Below, in pieces: positions 22,870 through 36,325 of a DNA stretch of 64,000 nucleotides (positions within the stretch are counted from its first letter, which is position 1; every line of letters begins with the position of its first letter). The stretch is from Octopus vulgaris (taxonomy: Eukaryota), in contig OX597814.1 of the NCBI GenBank assembly GCA_951406725.2, positions 127,782,001 to 127,846,000 on the forward strand. Reading direction: 5' to 3'. The notes beneath the pieces are model-generated. The model searched no databases, was not told the DNA's origin, and saw only the letters and a list, made by a program, of their open reading frames with translations. A program made the translations under genes and the position numbers.

Positions 22870-24863
22870 CCTTCCTAATGTGTACCTGACAGAGGGGCCA
22901 CCTGTTATAGTTGACAGTGGTATGATAGATCAAGTAGTCCCCTCTGATTTATCAGTCTTCCTGGCCATAACAGAGGAGTTTAAGACTGGTTACCCATGGA
23001 AGCTCCTCTATGCTGATGATCTTGCTCCTATAACTGAATCTATATTAGAATGAGAAAAGAAATTCCAGGTGTGGCTGCAAAATCTGGAGTCAAAGGGCCT
23101 CAAACTTAACTTAGCAAGGACCAAAGTTCTAGTAAACAGGAAAACAAACCATTAATTCCTTCAAGAAAATGGCCCTCTTTGACTTGTAGGAAAGATATTA
23201 GTAGAAATTCCATACAGTCTGCCCAGTGTAAACTGTGTACTCGTTAACAGGTGCTGTTGAATCACATGAAGGTTAACAGAGAAAGTAGACTTTGTATGTG
23301 GAAGATGCATGGGAGCAATACACATTAAGAACACACAGAAAGTAGATGTTCTTGATGATCTAAAAGCATAGTTGCTAGAATAGGAGCTAGCTGGAGAAAG
23401 TTCAGAGAGTTGTTACCTTTGTTGGTAGAGAAAAACTCTCTGAGTGAAAGGCAGATTGTATGATGCTTGTGTATGAACAACAGTACTACGTGTTTGTGAA
23501 ACATTGGTTGTGATTGCAGAGGACATGCATGCTTCACTGGATGTGCAATGTCAGTATGCATATACAACAAAATGCAAATATGTTGAAAGAAAATTTGGGC
23601 ATAAAAAGCATTGGATGGAAAAGAGATTACATTGGTGTGGTCATGTGATGCATATAGATTGAAGACTTTCACATAAAGACATGCTGATCACTAAATATGG
23701 ATGGAACTCATGGAAGAGGGAGACCCAGGAAGATATGGAATGGAGTAGTAAAAAATGACCTGGATGTTGATCTTCATAGAAGAGATCAAAGAACTGAGAT
23801 GAGTAGCAATTTGCTGTGTTCAAGAAGACCCATCCATCTCAAAGAAAATGAGGCCCTAAAAGCATAAAGTCTGTTTAGCCCCCTGCACTCAATCTGTTCT
23901 TGATGAGTCTCTCTTCTACAACTCATTTTCCTAACACCCACCCCTCCATTGTTCATCTGTTTATGGTACTATTCACTCAGTTGTTGAAATTTTGTGAGGA
24001 GAACTGCGCGTATTTCACCCTTTCATTTTTGTGTTACTACCCACCTTCCTTGCAATCATTCCCTTTATCTCCTGCATTCTCATATCACCCCTTATCACCT
24101 ATTTTTCACTGAATGCCCATTCCCCCCTCCTTTTCTTCTGTACATTCTCATTTTACCAACAACAGTCCCTCCCTACTACTTCTGCTCATTATCCACTATT
24201 CCCACCCTATATGTCTCTAGCACTGTGCATCTCTTTTGCACCCCCACTACATTTCACTTCATCTTTGCTGCCGCCTAATACCTCCCTGACCCACTCCTAC
24301 ACCTCCCCCAATCCCCCTCTCCCACCTGATATTCACTGTTGATATCACTCATGTTCACCATTCATTACATTTGCCTCTATCTCCGTCTCTATCCATCTGC
24401 CACTTTCCTTACTTATCCTCTCTCCCTGCCTGATTCTCTGGACCATTTCTCTTAAATTCACCTTCCTATAACTTGAGGATAAATCCTCTCTCTCTTGTTC
24501 CAACTGGGATAGTCATTTATCTCTTCTATAGCAAGGCACCTGTTCCTGTCCCTCTTTCATACTTTAACCTCTTATCACCTGGCATAAAGCATCTCTCTCA
24601 ATACCACATCTCTTCAGTTGAGGTGGGCCTTATCTTGCCAGTTACTTGGTGACCTCACTAGTGCTAGTGCCATATAAAAAGCATCCAGTATACTCTGTAA
24701 AGTGATTGGTGTTAGGAAGGGCATCAAGCCATAGAAACCATGCTAATGCAAACATTGGAGCTTGGTGCAGTCCTTTGTCTCATTGGCTTCTGTCAAACCA
24801 TCCAACCTATGCCAGCATGGAAAATGGACATTAAACAATGATGATGATGATGATGATGGTGAT
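22870..24863 (+). mobile_element. Degraded RTE LINE with long pyrimidine-rich 3' UTR
   Basis: ITEEFKTGYPWKLLYADDL at ~22965-23025, homologous to 9014-9952; CT-rich 23850-24620; terminal module and (gat)n. Confidence 0.8.
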
Positions 24864-25214
24864 GTACATATGTATATCATATAATACATACAATATATAT
24901 AGGGTAAACAGACTGGGAAAAGAATGACCAGTGAATACGGCAGTAGATGTGTTGTACTTAATAACAGCCAGGTGTTTTGTGGACAGGAACAGTCCTAATG
25001 GAAGCAAAGGAGTCAGAGTATCCTTCCTCAGTTGTTGAAATAGAAGTTACATTCAAGTTTTGTAGCATACTAACAATTTTGGTTTTCAAAAGGGCAAAAG
25101 TAGCCATGTCTGAAAGACAAAATCTTTTGTATGGGTCTAGTGACAGGGAAGCTGCACTGCTGTTTACATTAGTGAAATGTGGTTAAGTAGCATGTACAAA
25201 CATATTACCGGTCC

Positions 25215-25553
25215 CTGTGCTCTGACTGGCCCCCGTGCCGTGGCACGTAAAAGGGCACTATTCGAGCGTGATCGTTACCAATGTCGCCTTACTGGCACCT
25301 GTGCCGGTGGCATGTGTAAAAAGATTTGAGCGAGATCATTGCCAGTACCGCCTGACTGGCCTCCATGCTAGTGGCACATAAAAAGCACCCACTACACTCT
25401 CGGAGTGGTTGGCATTAGGAAGGTCATCCAGCTGTAGAAACTATGCCAGATCAAGATTGGAGCCTGGTGCAACCATCTGGTTCATCAACCCTCAGTCAAA
25501 ATCGTCCAACCCATGCTAGCATGGAAAGCGGACGTTAAACGATGATGATGATG
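25215..25553 (+). mobile_element. RTE-type 3' module with three hairpin units
   Basis: gccagtaccgcctgactggc / gtgccggtggca units, (gat)n. Confidence 0.8.
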
Positions 25554-27868
25554 AGTCATCAGTGTTTGTGCATGTCAGTGGTAAGGATGAAGATACCAAA
25601 TGCCCCAGTGTTTGGTTGATTATATTCTAACAGTTTATGGCAGTTGACATTCTCAACTAGAATTTTCATTGAAGTTGTTTGCTAAATGTTGTTTCCTGGG
25701 TTTGTATTGAGAAAAATATTAAAACTTTGGCAAAATTTAGTGGTTCTATTAGTTTATTCATTGAGTTTAGTTTTCTCTGGTCTCTGTCTAGAGTTTAGAC
25801 TGTTACTGATTTGATTTCATTATTTCATTTTTTGTTGTTTTTTTATGTAGTATAACTAGTTAAATTATTTGAAACTAGTTGATTGTAACACCCAACAAAC
25901 AATAGCTACTTTTCTATAGATATCACTTGTTTGAAAGTATGTGTCATAGGTGCTCATAAGCATCTTGACATTCATTATCAAATTTTCCTACAAATACTTT
26001 AGCAGGTCCCATGTTTTGAGTATTCCTTGAATATGAAGACTGTATGTTTAGTCAGTCCTGAAAATTTGTGTAGCTGAATTTGTCTTCGTTTATTGTATCT
26101 TGCCTTTGTTGTCATAAGTCCACTAAGTAATTGTTGAAGTCCTTCACTTAAGGAAACTATTTATCCCAGTTATGAAAATTTCTTTAGTTCTTTACTACTG
26201 TAAACCTTATTCAGCTGCACAACCAAGCTCCCACATCGAGCTGATAGTTAAATAATCCTTGTTAGATAATCCAAATGATGTGACCATTGTGTTGCATGAA
26301 TGGTATGGTATGGTATGTAAAACTTTAAGTGGTACAGTATCAGTGGTTTATTTTGTACTTCACAAATAATTACAATTGAACTTTCCAGGAAATCATACAT
26401 TTAAGTGGTGTTCTCAATGCTATCAATATATTTGCTCTTTGTCAGTCACCATCAAATAGACATTACACTGACACTAGGAGAGACTGCTGTATGACAAATA
26501 CAGAATAAACAAGGGCAACTAGAAACTAATAAATTAAATCAGAGTTGGCAAGTGAAGCAGTTTAGACAATCAAGTCAAAGAAAGCTGTAGAAATACTTGT
26601 TAAAATGCTGATTAGATCAGTGTGAATTTGTGAGGAATATTGATAATACCCTCTAGCTTATCAATGTTGCAAGAAATGTTATCTTTAATCATTGGCATAG
26701 ATTTTTTTCTGTTCAGAAGTACAGAAAATTTCAGTTAACAGTGAACCTGGTTGAGATAGCAAAACTAGTTTTGTATTGAGTTCAAATATATAGAAATCTG
26801 TTTTTGGTCTTGCATATGGACTGAGGTTGCTTCATGATAAAGTACAAATATCAGTTCTTTAGATTTATTGATTTACAGGACTTCTTTGATTGTATCTCAT
26901 GCTGATGTTGGTGGAGAGTATTGAGAAGGCTAGGTGTAGACAAATGCATTATAAAAGCTGTTCAGCCTATTTTGAGTTGATTAACCTCTTTTAAAATTGT
27001 CCCAATTTTAGCTAGAAAAAATGTTACATGTGTAGCATAATACATTAAATGAGTATTGAATGCATTCTTCAGAGGGCCAGTATTTGTTAGAAAAACTGGC
27101 AACAATTTGATAATTCTGTGAGTTGGCCAATGTTATTAAGAATTAGTTAAAGGCTCAAAATCCTAAAATTCATAAGGTGTTAAATATTTTGGTTTCACAT
27201 TGCTATTACCTGCCTGGGAAGGCCAACACAAGCCATAAGGCACTGTTCCTTCTCTGTCTAAGTGAAGCAATCATTTCTAATAACATTACCTCATTGGACA
27301 ATTCATATTTTAGATGGTTTGTTACTCTGCCAAAAAGATAAACCAGTTTCTAAGCTTTTTTGCCTCTATCACATTCAATACTATTATACTTACCTTTTTT
27401 CTTTCTTTCACTTCACTACAAACTATTCATATTGATATCTAACCTATTAATCTAACCTCACTTGCTGCATTATATTATTTAACATTGTCTGCCAGTAAAA
27501 GCTATGGGGAAGTTCTACTTTCATTCTTCAAAGTGCTGCCAGATCTTTTATATTTTATTTCATTTTTTTTACTTGTTTTGTCATTGGACTTTGACCATGC
27601 TGGGGCAACACCTTGAAAGGTTGAAGTTGAGTAAATCAACCCCAGCATTTAAGTTTTTTTGTTTTTTTCATCTGGTATTTAGTTTATTGATCTCTGTATG
27701 TGATGAGTGGTTCAGATGTGTTCTTCTGAATGGGAAATTATATCCTTCAAAGCTAAACATTTTTCTCATGGCAGACTGGAAACAAACAACCTTACTTGTG
27801 ATGATGATGATGATGATGATGCTCATTTACAACTGTCACATGATGTCTAGTCAAGGCTACATTCACTT

Positions 27869-27903
<35 letters not shown>

Positions 27904-30128
27904 AAAATGGGCTTCTTTCAGTTTCTATCTACCAAACCAAATTCACACATAAGGGTTGGGTGGGTTCAGGGCTGTTTTAGAGGATACTTACCATACCATA
28001 AAGACTGAACCGAAGGCTACAACATTGGGATACAAGCTCCTTTATCATCCAGCTATACGTGTGTGTGTGTGTGTATGCACGTGCATGCGTGCATGCACAC
28101 ACACACATGTTATTTTGTTGTTATTAGTATTGGCTGTTGGGCACATTTTAACTGTAGAGTGGTAAATTGTCATAATCATAAACCGAATGCCTTTTGGTAT
28201 TAGTTTCAACTCTCTGCCCTCTGAGGTCAACTTTGTCTTTCAAATTGTCAATGTTGATGAAAAAGGTATCAATCAAGGGTAATGGAATGGTAGAATTGTT
28301 AGAAGGTCAGAAGAAATGTCTTGTGGTTATGATAGAAATGCCTACAGCAACACTGGTACCCAGCCGTATTGTCCCTAATGTAGTGGTTTTTACCTTGGAC
28401 AACATAAGTGGTGGGGAGAGGGGAGATTTGCATGTATTGGCTATTGTCTGTCTTTCACAGAAGTCCTTGCTGAGGCCTGTAACATCATCATCATTATTAT
28501 CATCATTTTTGTATGTCCATCTTCCATGCTGGCATGGATTGAATGGTTTGTGAGGATCTGATGTGTCAGGACTGCAACTGTGTTCTGTGTCTGCTTAGGC
28601 ATGGTTTCTATGACTGGATGCCCTTCTTAATACCAACCACTTTACAATGTGTTCTGAGTGGCCTTTTTTTTTCAAGCACTGGTGCTAGTGAGGTCACCAT
28701 GCAGCCTGCAAGGCTAAGATCCCCTTTAACTGATTTGGGTTGCATTAGAGAGGGAGGAGGCTTTATGCTATGAGATGAGGGGTTAAAGTATAAGAGCAGG
28801 GTCTAGAACAGAACAGGTTTCTTGCTGTAGAGGAGGAACATGGCTATTCACTTCCAGTAGCAGTGGTCAGTCCTGATTGACTGAGGACCATATGTGTTCA
28901 AACTGCTCTTAAGTACTATTCAATTCAATGGAAAAGGGGAAAAAATTAGTTCAAGTGTGAGTGGTTGTAGTCAAGAATGGTAATTGTAATTATCTTCAGG
29001 ATCTTTAGCTGATCCCCGAACCCTTAATTTATAATTTCCTATAGGTTCCTTAACTCTCCCCTTTACACAGTCCCTGTAATCATCCCATCTCCTTAACATT
29101 AACTCAATCCCTAAACCCCACTTTCTTGTATACATTACTAGCTCAAATTAAATACTGACCACTGTCTATCATATATGCAATTATCTTCCTGGATTTGAAT
29201 CCCTCTTGTTTGAATGATTTTTTTCCTTTCCTCCATAGAACTGAATGATATATCAGATCTGTTGCTTTTTCTCCCTATTTCACGGTGTGTATAACCTGCA
29301 AACTTGGTGAAACTTTGAACTACTGTCAATATAATATAACATGATATTAGATACTATTGTTGTATTGAATCTTTTATTCAGTTGAGATTCTTTGTATATA
29401 TGTATATAAAAATATAAATTTATCATCATCATTGTCTAATATCCATTTTCCATGCTGGCATGGGTTGGACTGTTCTATAGGAATTGGCATATCAGAAGAT
29501 TGCACCAATCCCTGCTGTCTGCTTTGGCACTTTACTGAGTGTGTTGGGTACTTTTTACATGACACTAGCAGCAGTAAGGTCACCAAGTAATTTGCAAGAC
29601 ATGACCCCCACAACTGAGTGTGGGAGTAGAATTGATGGACAGAAAGTATGTCAATAATACTGAATTCTCATGTGAATTTTATGAAACTTTTCTTGCCACT
29701 CCTCAGAAACTTTACACAACAAATTCTGATAAGAATTGGAATCTACACCATCTGAATCATATCTGTAGAAAACTTAATTAAAAAATATCCATTTTTCTAA
29801 AAGCTACATGGAAAGAAAGTCAGCAGGGCAGGGCACACTTGTGTAGGTATGGCTATATATATATATATATCATAATCTGTTAAAAGGGAGCCTAGAGAAG
29901 AGTACTTAAATAACTATCAGGCAGTTACAATTGCTTGTGATTGGCAGTTACTGGTTATATGACTTGGTAGTTCGCAGCTGTGAAGACAGGGAACCAAGCT
30001 TGATGAGCCATAGCAACAGTTCATTTACAGTTTTTGTCGATTTTTATATGCTACATTACACACACACACATGCACATGCATAGATACATATACACATATA
30101 TAGATATACACACACACATGTGTGTATG

Positions 30129-30164
<36 letters not shown>

Positions 30165-31810
30165 TTGAGGAGACAGATGTAACAGTGACCATAAATGAAA
30201 TGAGCTCATGCTCTGCAACTGGTCCTGATGGCTTCCCAGCTGTTCTCCTGAAGTCATGTAAGCAGGCTTTAGTGAAACCATGTCAGATACTTTTCCAAAG
30301 TTTTCTTGCAAGTTGTAAACTTCCTAAAAAAGCTGAAAGAAGGCATTATATGCCCTATTCACAAGCAGAGCAAAGACTAAAAACTACAGGCCAATTTCTC
30401 TGACTTCACATATCAGTAAAGTCATGGAGCAAATCATCAGAAAGAAGTTGATAATATTCCTAGAAAAAAATAATCTACTGAACAATACACGGCATGGCTC
30501 CTGTCCAGAAAGAAGCTGCCTTACACAGCTCCTACAGCACTATGACTGGGTTTTGAAACAGCTGCTTGACCATTCAGATGACTTTGTAAAAGCATTTGAT
30601 AAAGTAGATCACGGTATGATATGTCATATGCTATGAGACCTTGGCATTGCTGGTTAACTGGGAGAGTGACTGCATGATTTCCTTAAAGACAGAAGTCAAG
30701 TAGTTGCAGCCAATAGTGCCCTTTCTGAGGAAACTCAAATCTTAAGTGGCGCCCCCCAGGGAACTGTTCTGGAGCTATTACTGTTTATAATAGCTCTCTT
30801 AGACATGCCCATGGTCACTCGGACAGCCACTGTCGCAATGATACAAAATTATCACAAGCAATAAAAAGTCAAGATGACATCACAAGCTTACAATGGGACC
30901 TAAATCTGATATACAAGTGGGCTTAAATAAACAACATGCAGTTTAATGCTGGAAAATTTCAGGCACTGCACTATCAATTCACAAATGCATCACAACCTGC
31001 ATATACAGGACCTGAAGGCACTACAATCCCAGAGACACGGGCAGTGAAAGACTTGGGGATCAGTATGTGCAATGACACATCATTTTATTTGCAAATTACC
31101 AAGATGGCAGCAAAGTGCAGACAACTGGCAAGAAGGCTACTGAGGTCCTTCAAGACAAGAGACTAAGAAACTATGTTAACCATGTGGAGAACCTTTGTTC
31201 TCAGCCGCCTGGACTACTGCTCTCAGTTATGGTCACCACACAATGTCAAATGAATAGTGGCGCTTGAAGCAGTCTAATGCCACTACACTAAAAAGATTAA
31301 AAAAGTGCAGCAGATAAGCTACAGGGATAGCCTGAAAAACTGCAACTTTATTCCCTGGAGTGAAGGCATGACATATGCAATAATCCACTAGAAGGGCTAG
31401 TATTTAACTTAGGCATTGAGTATTAAACAAATGCTAGAACTGGCTGCTATTGTATTGTACCAAAAGAACCATCCACTCCACCTAAATTCAGGACCAGGTA
31501 CTGCAACAGTCTAAGGTTCAAAGGTTCACAGCTCTTCAATGCCCTGCCACAAAAATTAAGAAATCTGCATAAGGTGGAAGTAGATGTCATCCTCCTCTCC
31601 ACAATACCGGATGAACCAACAACCTGACATGAAGTGCAGAATAGGGCAACAGAATCAAACTCCCTTATACACCAAATGGACCAACAGCTGGGACAAAGGC
31701 ACATACAAGAGTGTTGATGTGAAACACCCCAGACTGAGGAAATCAGAAAGACCACGGTGGTGCTCCAGCATGATCACAGCGGCATGGCTGAAATGAGTAA
31801 AAGAGTAAAA
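30165..31810 (+). mobile_element. Degraded CR1/L2-group LINE related to the element at 1-1610
   Basis: ATGPDGFPAVLLK, DFVKAFDKVDHG, MQFNAGKF, VKDLGI, DYCSQLWSP; many stops. Confidence 0.85.
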
Positions 31811-31959
31811 AATATATAAATATAAATATACATATATATATGTATATATTATATATATATATATAATATATATACTCACACGCATGAACATACATATACA
31901 TATATATATATATATATATACGTATACAGACACACATATATATATACATACATGCAATA

Positions 31960-32006
<47 letters not shown>

Positions 32007-32024
32007 CCATACACATACATACAT

Positions 32025-32923
32025 ATGTACTAGAATAAGAATAGGCTGGGTAAAGTTCAGAGAGCTTCTACCTCTGTTGGTAACAAAGGGTCTCTCCTTC
32101 AGAATAAAAGCAGACTGTATGATGTGTGTGTGCGAACAGCCTTGCTTCATGGCAGTGAAACATGGGCTGTGACCCCAGAGGACATGCAAAGGCTTTTAAG
32201 AAATGAAGCTGGATGTGCAATGTCAGTGTGCATGTTCGACAGAGCATAAGTGTCTTGGGAGAAAAACTGGGCATAAGAAGTATCAGATATGGTGTGCAAG
32301 AGAATTGACTATGGTTATGTGATGTGTACCGCCGAGGACAGTTGTGTAAGGAAGTGCCAATCTTTAACTTTGGAGGGAACCTACGGAAGAGGAAGACCCG
32401 GGAAGACATGGGAGAAGGTTGTGAGGCATGATTTTTGAATGTTGGGCCTGACGGAGGCAATGACAAGTGACCAAGACCTTTGGTGATATGTTATGCTAGA
32501 GAGGACTTGTCAAGCCAAGTGAAATCATAGTGATGGCCATTGGCAATGTCATGCAAATGGCACTTGGGAAATTGTAATCATGGCCATTGCCAGTAGCATG
32601 ATCTTTGAATGTTGGGCATCACAGAAGCTATGACAATAGACCGTTTGCAATACTCTGTGCTTGAGAAGATCTGTTAAGCCAACTAAAACCATAGTCATGG
32701 CATTTGCTGGTTAAGTCAAGTGAAATTGTTGTCGTGGCTGTTGCCTGTGTCTTGTAAATGGCACTCATTACACATTTGGAGTGATTGGTGTTAGGAAGGG
32801 CATCCAGGTGTAGAAACCAAGCCAAATAAGACTGGAATGTGGTGCAGCTCTTTGGCATAACAGTTCCAGTCAAATCATCTTACCCATGGTAGCATGGAAA
32901 GCAGACATTGAATGATGATGATG
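32025..32923 (+). mobile_element. RTE LINE 3' relic
   Basis: [28 protein letters not shown], terminal module, (gat)n. Confidence 0.8.
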
Positions 32924-33049
32924 ACATATATATATGTATATAAATATAGATATACATGGGGCACAGGCAGGTGAACAAACCAGTGGAGATCTTTGCTACT
33001 TCACCTGTAACCAAGGTGGTGATAATAATTGATTACATTGACATTAAAT

Positions 33050-33955
33050 AACAAGACATAATACTGGCCAGAGATGATGAGGTAGACACAAACTCAGCTA
33101 CTTGCCCTGATGGATTCCCAGAAATCCTTCTGAATTCATGTAAATTAGCTGTTGAGAAATCACTGCGGCTCCTTTTTCAGAGCTTTGTTGCAAGTGGTAA
33201 GCTCCCATGCAAATTGAAAGAGGGAAAAATATGCCCTATCCACAAAGGAGGAAGCCGAGCAGATGCTAAAAATTATAGGTCTAACTTTCTGGCCTCACAC
33301 ATCAGGAAAGTCATGGAATAAATAATAGCAAGAAACTACTTATGTTCCTTGAATGGAATGACTTGCTGACTGACACCCTGCACAGTTTTTGACCAAGTAG
33401 AAGCTGCCTGATACATCTCTCACAGCACTTATAACTAGGTGTTTAACAACTCAAATTTTTATGTGATATGTTTCAACTTTGCAAAAACCCTTGGTAAAGT
33501 TGATCATAGTATGATATGTCACAAACTGCGTGATCTCAACACAGAAAACTTGGAGAGTAGCTACACGACTTTCTAAAAGATAGAAGTCAGGCAGTGATGG
33601 TCAGTGGAATCACCTCTAAGGAATTACAAATAGTGAGTGGTGTTCCACAGGGCACTGGTATTCGTAGTGGCCCTCTCAGCTGCTCAGTTAGCCACCCTTG
33701 CTAGCTATGCAGATGACACAAAAGTCTCTTAGAGGATACACATCATAGGAAATATTGTGCACCTGCAATGGGAATTGGGACACAATATACAGGTGAACAA
33801 TAATATGCAGTTTAATGCTGGAATATTCCAAGCCATGTGCTACTAGCACACAAAGCTGAATGCAATGCAGGCAGGATACATTGGCCCAGATAGGGTTGCA
33901 AATCTCTGAATCATAATCAGTGCATGACCTGGACATTGACATGAGTAATGATTTG
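33050..33955 (+). mobile_element. Degraded CR1/L2-group LINE fragment
   Basis: PDGFP, PIHKGGSRADAKNYR, SGVPQG, ASYADDTK remnants. Confidence 0.8.
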
Positions 33956-34119
33956 GGCATTTTTTTAACCTTAAAAATTGCTTGATTTTAATTTAATTTT
34001 CATATTTGTTTAACTTCATTTTTTAAAACTTTATTGACAGATTTTAACCTTGTTATTATCAATAAATTCATAAACTTAAGATAGTTTGCTTTTAAACAAT
34101 TTAAAAAATTATTTATTCT

Positions 34120-34590
34120 GGAAATGTATTACAGTACAATATGATGTAATGTTTTACATTTATAGGCAGAAAGTTCTTGTTTTTTTTGCAAAGAATTTTT
34201 TTAGCATGGTCTCAGATCTGCATATTCTGCAGGTAAAACTTTGGGGTTCATTAGTTGAATTATCAAACTGATTTGTTTTTTATTGAATTTAAAATCAATG
34301 AAATTCAGGATGTAACATGAGTCTTCATAGAATTTCATTTCTCTGAGGCTTTTGTAAGCATCATTGATAGTGAAGGCTGTTGACTCGACTTTTAAAATCA
34401 ACTCTTTCAACTGCAGATAGTTTGAATAGATTTGGGTGAGATTAGTCCTGATCTTAGTATTTCACACAGCCAGTTGTGACCAAGTGGGACAACTAGTTGG
34501 ATGCCTGAAATTACTATGCCAAGAACCGTGCAGAAGATTAAAAAATTGTAGTGTTTTGAAGACAAAGACATTTTGGTGCAGAGAGCAAAA
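34120..34590 (-). mobile_element. Probable hAT-like transposase C-terminal relic
   Basis: Minus strand ...INDAYKSLREMKFYEDSC... then MLKK...RNFLPINVKHYIILYCN, resembling hAT dimerisation-domain ends; frameshifted. Confidence 0.5.
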
Positions 34591-34799
34591 CGTAAAAGCA
34601 CCCATTACATTCTCAAAGTGGTTGGCATTAAGGAGGGCATCTAGCCATATAAACCATGCTAAATCAGACTGGAGTCTGGTGCAGCACCTTAGGTTGCCAG
34701 CCCTGGTCAAACTACCCAACCCATGCCAGCATAAACAATGGATGTTAAATGATGATAATGATATATAAGTATCCAATTGCTGGATATTTTTATATATAG

Positions 34800-36325
34800 A
34801 AGTATCCAGTAAGGTGAAGGTCAGCAATGAGTATAGGAAGAAATTTAGTGAGCAAGTAGAAGTTCACCAAAGAACAAGTCTCACCTCACCTTTTGTTTAT
34901 TACGGTCCTCTAGGCTATAACAGAGGAATTTAAGACTGGCTGCCCTTGGGTGTTTCTCTATGCTGATCTTATAGTTGAATTTCAGGTGTAGGAGCATGAT
35001 CTGAAATCAAAGGGCCTTAGAGTTAATTTAGCAAAGACCAAAATCCTAGTAAGTATGAAAACAGACCAATCACAGATCCCTTGAGGGAGATGACCCTGCT
35101 CAATATGTAGAAAAGGTGTCGGTAGAAGCTCTATATATGTACTCAGTGCAAGCTATGGAGACATAAGAAGTACAGGGATATCATAGGAAGGTTATCAGAG
35201 AAAGTAGTCTTTGTATGTGGAAATGTATGGGTACAATGAGCACTTAGAATGTACAGAAAATAGACTTCCTCACATGTCCAGTGGGATCCTTAGAAGTTGT
35301 AGATAGCTTCCATTACCTAGGCAACCAAGTTAGCAGTGGGGGGGGAAGCTCTGAAAGCATAATTTTTAGAATAAGAACAAGCTGGGTAAAGTTTAGAGAG
35401 CTACTACTTTGTTGATAACAAAGTGCCTTTCCCTCAGAGTGAAAGGTAGACTGTATGATGCTGGTGTATGCACAATTATGCTACATAGCAGTGAAAATTT
35501 GAAAGAAATGAGACCAGCATGCTCTGATGGATGGGTAATGTCAGTGTGCATGTATGACAGTGTAAATGATTTGAGAGAAAAATTGGGTATAAGAGAGAAG
35601 ACTATGCTGGTAGGGTTATGTGAGATGTATGGATGAGGACAGCTACTTAAAGATCTCTCATTGTGGAGAGAACCTGTGGAAGGAATAGACACAGGAAGAC
35701 ATGGGATGAAATGGTGAGAAATGACCCTCAGATGTTGAGCCTCTCTGAGGAGATGACAAGGGACCAAGATTCCTGTTAATTTGTTGTACTTGAGAAAACA
35801 TGTCAAGCTAAGTAAAATTGTGGCTGACCATACATATAGGATTGTCCTTTATGGTCATGCTCCCTCTTATACACATAATTCTGTGCTCTATCAAACTCCC
35901 CCACCACTTACTGCAGGCCCTTCGACTCTCCATGCCATCACATATGTACCATACCCACCTCCCATCCACTCCAATGCCTTTCAACATAACTTGCTATCTC
36001 TTAACATCTCCCATTACACTCTTATGGAATATTCTCCTCTATCGCCTCTTTACTGTTCCATGTGGGCAGGCCTATCTCTTTCTCATGTTCCTTGTCCGCA
36101 ATAGTAAGAGGCCTACCTCTGTCCCTCCATCATACATTAATCTCTTGGTTCCACTTCCTCTCTCAGCTGACAAGTCTTTGTCTTGCAAGCTTGCAGGTGC
36201 TACACCCAGTACACTCTGTAAAGTGGTTGGCGTTTGGAAGGGTATCTACTCATAGAAACCATACCAAAACCATCAAACCTGTCCAACCCATGCCAGCATG
36301 GAAAACAGATGTTAAATGATAATGC
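34800..36325 (+). mobile_element. Degraded RTE LINE with pyrimidine-rich 3' UTR
   Basis: TEEFKTGCPW..LYAD, LEVVDSFHYLG, LSLRVKGRLYDA, terminal module. Confidence 0.8.

Noticed and set aside
24900-27450. Possible coding or old TE sequence
   Set aside because: No sustained ORF or recognisable motif; the exon candidate upstream of the minus-strand donor at ~27393 has stops in the frames tested.
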